Shown in pieces: positions 52,119 to 57,988 of a stretch of 57,988 nt of DNA. The notes under the pieces were generated by a model. The model searched no databases and was not told where the DNA came from. It saw only the letters and a program-made list of their open reading frames with translations. The DNA is taken from contig JAVECL010000082.1 of the NCBI GenBank assembly GCA_051942245.1, positions 1 to 57,988 on the forward strand, given 5' to 3'. The position numbers and the translations under genes are program-made. Positions within the stretch are counted from its first letter, which is position 1, and each line of letters opens with the position of its first letter. Source of the DNA: Trypethelium eluteriae (Eukaryota).

Positions 52119-55100
52119 ATGGCGGATTTTCAAGACATTCTCGCTCGCCTCACAGCTACCGGTAGCGAAGGCCAATCTCCAAGGTCCGATCAAGCACAGA
52201 ATCCAATCTGGGCTTCGCAACCCGGCATGCCACAGCGGCCGAGCTATCATCAGCCTTCTGTCTCTTCGCCCATTTTCTCGCCTCAGCCAGGTGGCCCGCA
52301 GCCGATTCACTCCTCTGCAATCATGAGTCCAAACCTGCCAGCATCCTCGTCTGCTACGCCGCAGCCTGAGACATCCAGTCGCACTAATCTTCTCAACCTG
52401 CTTAAGTTTGCACCCTCTGGTCAAGATTCCAGTCGTTCGTCTTCTGCTATCCTCAATCCTCAGCTTGAGCGCAGCCGGACTTCATCTGGCGATCAAGCCG
52501 CCTCGTTTGTCCCCAAGCCCCCGCTTCCGTCAATGCTGAGCAGACCCGATATGAAAGGCGAATCAACCCCGAGCAGCTCCGATGATCCCCAACAGTCCCT
52601 CCTGAAGCTCTTGAATCAACGTGGACCATCGCAGTCCAGTATTGCTTCTAACTTCGGAGGACGCGCGGAGCGCATCATTGGCGAAGACCAAGCTGTTGGC
52701 GCAGCTCCCAGTGACAAAATGCAAGAGATCCCAGACACATTATTCGGGGCTTCAGACGTCGGATCTGGCACCGGCACTGTAAGGCGGGCTGGAGCACGCG
52801 ATGACACTCCAATCCGTGTCTTCGGCAGTGGCGAACCGGGCAAGCCGAGCAACCTCAAAAACTCTATCTTCAATTACGTCAACCCATTCGACGAGCTATC
52901 AGCTTCTTCGCCCCAGAACCGTACGCCACGTACCGAAATCCAAAAAGACCCTATTGCACTCAGAGCCGACCTGTTCAAGCAAGGTGGAGACTTGTCTTCC
53001 AGGACACATGACAGACCTGAATATGGTACGTCAGCGCCTGTGTCCAAATCACGAAAGCTTTCGCCTGGCGTCTCCCGTGAGCTGTCCTCCCGAGAGCCTT
53101 CTGCACAGGGCGACGGACGTACTCCGGCGGAGGCACTGATGGGTATCGATGCCAAGAACGACCAGACAGAGGATGTGTCGCAAACACTCAGCGATCTTGC
53201 CAAAACGCTAGAAAAGCCGGTCGAAGAGGCAATGTCGCAACTCAACGTGAACGCCAGTGGTCACGCGCAGCATGAAAACGAAAAGGTACTAAAGTCTGAA
53301 AAGGGCTTACATGACCTTGTAGAGGAGGTACAGGAGGTGGCGAAAGACATGCACGAAGAGCTGAAAGATAAGGAGGCCAGGAAGAAGTTCGAGAAAAATA
53401 TGCCTGCCGATGTCGCTGAGGCAGTGGAGGATACCGTGGAAGACCTCGTTCATGGGGTTCCTGAGGACTGGGAGGATATGGACGAGTTGGCCTCCTCGGA
53501 TCCTCGCGTCTTCACATTCCCGATGAGACCTTTCCATGCCATCGACATTCAACCGACACATGCTCTCAAACCCAGTCTGCGTGAAGGGGGTGTTATGGAC
53601 ATTGCCCGTTTCAAAAAGGACTTCGATCAACTTGATCGAAATCTTGCATCTGCCACCAAAAGCTTCATCACGTATGCCGCCCTCAAACACGGTGGATTTC
53701 GGCTCATCCACCAAGGCTCAGGAAAAGATAAACATGTCTTCCGAGGGCCGAGCAATGCCGATCGTGTGTTCAATATTGCCATGTGCTCCAGTTCTGCACC
53801 CTCGCAACACGCCGATGTTGATGCGGTCATCGCCACCGGGCTGGACGGATCGGTCTACTGGACGGCAGTAAATAGGTCACGGGGTGACGGCTTTGACGAT
53901 GAAGATTTGGGCAGAGAAGGCTTCATCTTTCCCCCTGCTCCATCCACGGATGATAACACCTCTGGGGCTCAGCTGAAGACCCGCGCCAAGCCAAGTGCTC
54001 GACACACCGAGTATTTTGCCATTGGGCGTGGGAAATCGATTTACATCGTCTGGCCATATGTGATTCGCACGCGAGACTATACCGACCAGAAGACGCGCAT
54101 TGTCGATACTGCAAAGTATTTCCGTCATTTCCAATTGGTGATCTCCACTGGCAAGGCCGCGAAAGACTTTGCCTTCAGTGAAGATGACACCGTCATTGTC
54201 TCGCTTGACAAATCGGGGAAAATGAAGTTCTGGGATATTCGCGAGCTCGTCGATTCTCTGAATAGCATCCCAACCCCTCCGAAGGGCCAATTTGAGCTTC
54301 GAACACCCAAGATGACCTTCGTTACTACGGCGCCTAATGAGAAATCTTGGCCAACGTCTATCATGTTCATCGACAAGGAGCGTCCATATCTCAAGGGAGG
54401 GGCCATTCGATACCTAATCGTGGGCTTCAAGCAGAACCATACGCTACAGCTTTGGGATTTGGGCCTCAAGAAAGCGGTTCAAGAGCTGAACTTCCCTCAC
54501 GACAACGAGATTGATCCAATCTGCAGCCTCGCGTATCATCCAAGAACAGGTGTCCTTGCTTTAGGCCATCCGACGCGCAACTCTATCTTTCTTATTCACG
54601 TATCGTGTCCGAAGTATAACCTGGGCCACATGTCTCAGGCCAAATACATTCAGCGGCTTGCGTCACAAGACTCGACACTTCCAGGCCCGGAGTCAACCGC
54701 TATTATGAGCGGAGTGCGTGAGGTATCTTTCGCTTCGAAGGGACAGCTGCGTAGTATTGGCATGCAAGACAAGCCGATTACGGAGAACGAAGAGGATGAA
54801 CCCATGTTTGAGCTCTATGTCATGCATTCAAAGGGCGTCACATGTTTGACAATTACCAAGAGCGACATCGGCTGGACTAAGGAGAACAAACCCATCAAGC
54901 CAGTCAATGGTGAGGAGGAAGGTTTCATTGTCGTTCATGACCTTCAACCGGGTCCGATTACAGCGCCAAGCGAGCCATCTATCAATGGCGATTCACTTGC
55001 ACCAACTCCCGCACAAAAGAGATCAGGCAAAAGTTCTCGAGCCTCACAGACCGCTACGCCGGAACCTACAGTGAGAGCCTCGAGCGCTCTCCGACACACA

Positions 55101-56731
55101 GAGAAGCACGTGAGCGATGCTGCATCGACAAACGGAGGTGATAAGACCGATAAGAAGAATCATGACAATGTTGTGAAACCTTCCGTCACTAGCGCGGTGG
55201 ATCCCTCTCTGGTTACACCTAGCTCTTTCACTCGTTCAAACCTAAATACTGAAACTCCAACGGCTACATCTAAGCCACTGATCTCTGAAGATACCAAAGC
55301 TGAGGCCATGTCGGAGCCGGCTGTGGACGTGGAAGCTCGCGCTGCCGAGACAGCAGGGGCGAGCAAAACCCTGTCTGATGTACCCATTGTTGACATCACT
55401 CGAGGTATGGTGCACGACTTTTCAACAACTGTGAACGAGCAATTGGAAGCCTTACACCGTCGCCTCGATGATGATAAGCGTGTTCAGGATGCTGCAGGCA
55501 GTGCCAAACAGGATGCTATTCTCCGCTTAGTATCGTCAATACTGACAGAAAATGTGGAGAAATCACTCAATCGAATCATCAGCACCAACATCGAAAAGGT
55601 GTTGTTGCCTACCGTTACAGACGCCACCACGAAAGCACTGGAACAAAAATTGCCAAATCTCCTAGGCGAGCATCTTCGCAGCAATCTGCCTAAGGACATA
55701 AAGTCTGCTTTACCCGGTGCTGTCTCAACCGCTATGCAAGGTCCCAATATCCTCCGCAGTTTGTCGGAGAATGTCACGGAAAAGCTAACCCAGCATGTTG
55801 AGCGTCAGTTGCAGACTAGCCTCAGCCAAACCATCATCCCTGCGTTCAATCATGTTGCAACACAGGAGGCTCAAAACATTGGCGGAAAGCTGGAGACGCG
55901 CGTTGGTGACCAACTTCGCAAAGTTGAAGCCCAGCGCGCCCATGACAATCAGAAGCTGGATCAAATCACCAGTCTCGTCCATGGATTGTCCGAGACCATT
56001 CGTGCCATGGCAAATGCCCAGGGAACTTTCCAGAGTGAGATCCTCAAGCTCCAGAACCAAGTTGCGCAGCAGCTACCCCAACAACAGAAGCCAATTGGAA
56101 GTGAGCGTGCCACAGGAGCAGCATCGCGGGCTGCGACAGAGCCAGAGCCGGAAAGCAGGCCACAATCTCAGCTGCAGTCTCAGAAGCCGAACCCAGAGGA
56201 CGAGGAGGTAGAAAATATCACATCGTTAATGCAGGAGGGCCGCTATGAAGAGGGCACTATTCAGGTATGAATTTTTTCACCTCAACTTCCTGCACCACCA
56301 CGTACACTGATGCTAACCATCTTTCTCAGTGGCTCCAATCCAAACGCCAAGGCGCCCTCTTCGCCCGCCTCTTCTACCGCGTTAATCCGCCTTACCTCGC
56401 CCGCCTCTCCTCTCCGCTAATCGCCCTCAGCTGCGCGGCCGCTGTGTCAATGGATCTCTCTTCACTGATCACCGAGCGACTCAACTGGCTCGAAACCGTC
56501 CTTAGCATCATCGAGAACTACCACGAGCAGACTGGAGGGCGTATGGACGACGACACTCGTGAGGTGTGCCCGAACATCATGGAGGTCATCACGGAGAGGC
56601 TCCAGAAATTATATGCCAGGCTGACTAACGAGGAGGCTGATGAAGAGACGATCAGGCGCATTCCATTTTTGGCGCGCCGAGCAAATTCAATCAAAGAGGG
56701 GAGCGGGGTTGGGGTTGGACTGGGCGCGTGA
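52119..56731 (+). CDS. EDC4/Ge-1/Pdc1-like mRNA decapping enhancer (beta-propeller plus C-terminal helical/coiled coil), 2 coding exons
   Basis: FNYVNPFDELSASSP, FPMRPF, DIARFKKDFDQLDR, QLKTRAK, FAIGRGK, TGKAAKDFAFSEDD, QNHTLQLWDL, KQDAILRLVS, GRYEEGTIQ|WLQS. Intron 56265-56329. Confidence 0.85.
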
Positions 56732-57491
56732 AAGGATAACAGGAGTGGGCTCATCATGCTTATCAAGACATCCATGAGGTAGCTAAGCAGAGAGCGAGGG
56801 TGTCGGTGAAAATCCTGAGAAGTGAGAGCTCGCGCGTGTGTAGAGCACCTCGTCATTTCCCCTGGGCCTGCTTTGATACTTGCTTCATGAGAACTGGCAG
56901 GAATAAAAGGTACCTGACGTAGGGTCTGGTATGGGTGATAAGGGTGGTTTTGTGCAGCCTTTCGGGCCGTCTTCATGAGGATGTACAATAAAAAGAGGCT
57001 TGTGGTGCTGCTTTTGCAATGGCACCCCAGGCGTCCAGACATCGACATCAAATAATATCAATGCTGACCTTTGTACTCCGCAGTGCACGATAGTAATATG
57101 CGGTAGAGAAAGTAGGTCTTTCAAACGCGTGATAATATGAATTAGTCTTGCATTACTTTCCACCCTTTTATGTTTCTTTCCAGATCTCAACTTACTGTGG
57201 AAAAACAATCAAAAGTAGAGATCAAAACCCACGCTCATTCACATGGGCGACTGGAATACCACATGAAGTATTCTTGCTTTGTTCTTTCGCCAGGCAGTCA
57301 CGCAACTTCTTGTATCAATAACGTGTGCATGACCCTATCACGAGCGTATCACAGTCCAGCAATACCAACACCGCAACCCCATGCTAGGTTCTACAGCTAG
57401 CCAGTTTCGCCATGTTCTTCTGAGCATTTCATTGGAGCCAACAAATCTCCGTCCTCCTAACCTCAATATCCCTCCATCGAAACCATCTAAG

Positions 57492-57988
57492 ATGTCCTCC
57501 TGCCCTTCCTCCTCCTCACCCTCCCACTTCCTCGAAGATACAGACACAGACTTCATCGACTTCTACTCTACCACCGCTGAAACCGCTACCACGACGACGA
57601 CGACGACGACTACTACCACCACCACCACCACCGATTCCCTCCCTGACGAAATCCCCTTTCCCTTCTTCGCCCTTCCGCTCCCACTCCGCAACCATATCCT
57701 CTCCCACTTCAACCACTTCCCAGCCTCCGCCCAGACCGCGCGCGCCCTCCTCCTCGCCTCCCGCCGCACCCATGTCGAGTACCTCAGCCAGCTCGTGCAG
57801 GACGCGCACTTCACCCTGTCCTCTCTCCACGACCCGACGGACGTCGAGCCTCTGCAGCAGTACCTCGGGCGCGTGCAGTGGGTCTGGCCGGGTCGGGTGC
57901 CGCATCGGGTGACGGTGTGGCCGGCGGGGGAGATGCGGGCGCTGTATTTTCCGCGGTGGGGATTGATAGGAGGAGGAGGGGGAGGAGG
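57492..57988 (+). CDS. Partial gene with an F-box-like N-terminal motif
   Basis: Open from ATG 57492 to the window end: MSSCPSS..(T)15DSLPDEIPFPFFALPLPLRNHILSHF..ARALLLASRRTHVEY. This resembles the fungal FPFLxLPxExRNxIY ... ALLxxCRQxxxE F-box-like pattern. Confidence 0.55.
   Translation, partial: MSSCPSSSSPSHFLEDTDTDFIDFYSTTAETATTTTTTTTTTTTTTTDSLPDEIPFPFFALPLPLRNHILSHFNHFPASAQTARALLLASRRTHVEYLSQLVQDAHFTLSSLHDPTDVEPLQQYLGRVQWVWPGRVPHRVTVWPAGEMRALYFPRWGLIGGGGGG
57588..57632 (+). repeat. Compound trinucleotide repeat ACC(ACG)6(ACT)2(ACC)6 encoding 15 Thr
   Basis: Read directly, in frame with ATG 57492. Confidence 0.9.

Noticed and set aside
57516..57905. Minus-strand ORFs with poly-Val / poly-Gly-Arg
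   Set aside because: Antisense reading of the Thr trinucleotide tract in the plus-strand gene.

Overview
This is a gene-dense, intron-containing region of a filamentous ascomycete (Pezizomycotina-type GT..CTRAC..YAG introns of about 50 nt). I found no rRNA, tRNA, CRISPR array or intact transposon. The mostly conserved genes, in order, are POP8-like (partial), BC10/BLCAP-like, Hook (HookA), an I9 protease inhibitor, PCF11, an uncharacterised conserved protein, a Myb-WD40-Zn Raf1/Dos1-like DCAF, ATG8, a peroxisomal long-chain acyl-CoA synthetase, MET17/cysD, TRS130, SPT23/MGA2, EDC4/Pdc1-like and a partial F-box-like gene. A more accessory-looking stretch at about 18.7-31.3 kb holds a 15-intron dynamin-like (SLIP-GC/NUGGC-type) GTPase, NCE101, an orphan secreted Kex2-site His/charge-rich repeat protein, and an O-methyltransferase flanked by RTA1 and GMC-oxidoreductase relics. 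The strongest leads are (i) the secreted repeat protein at 25.9-27.0 kb, (ii) a long open-frame Hook intron that would encode an alternative cargo-end tail, and (iii) the intron-dense dynamin-like GTPase. All gene models were spliced by hand and family calls rest on recalled motifs, not database searches.
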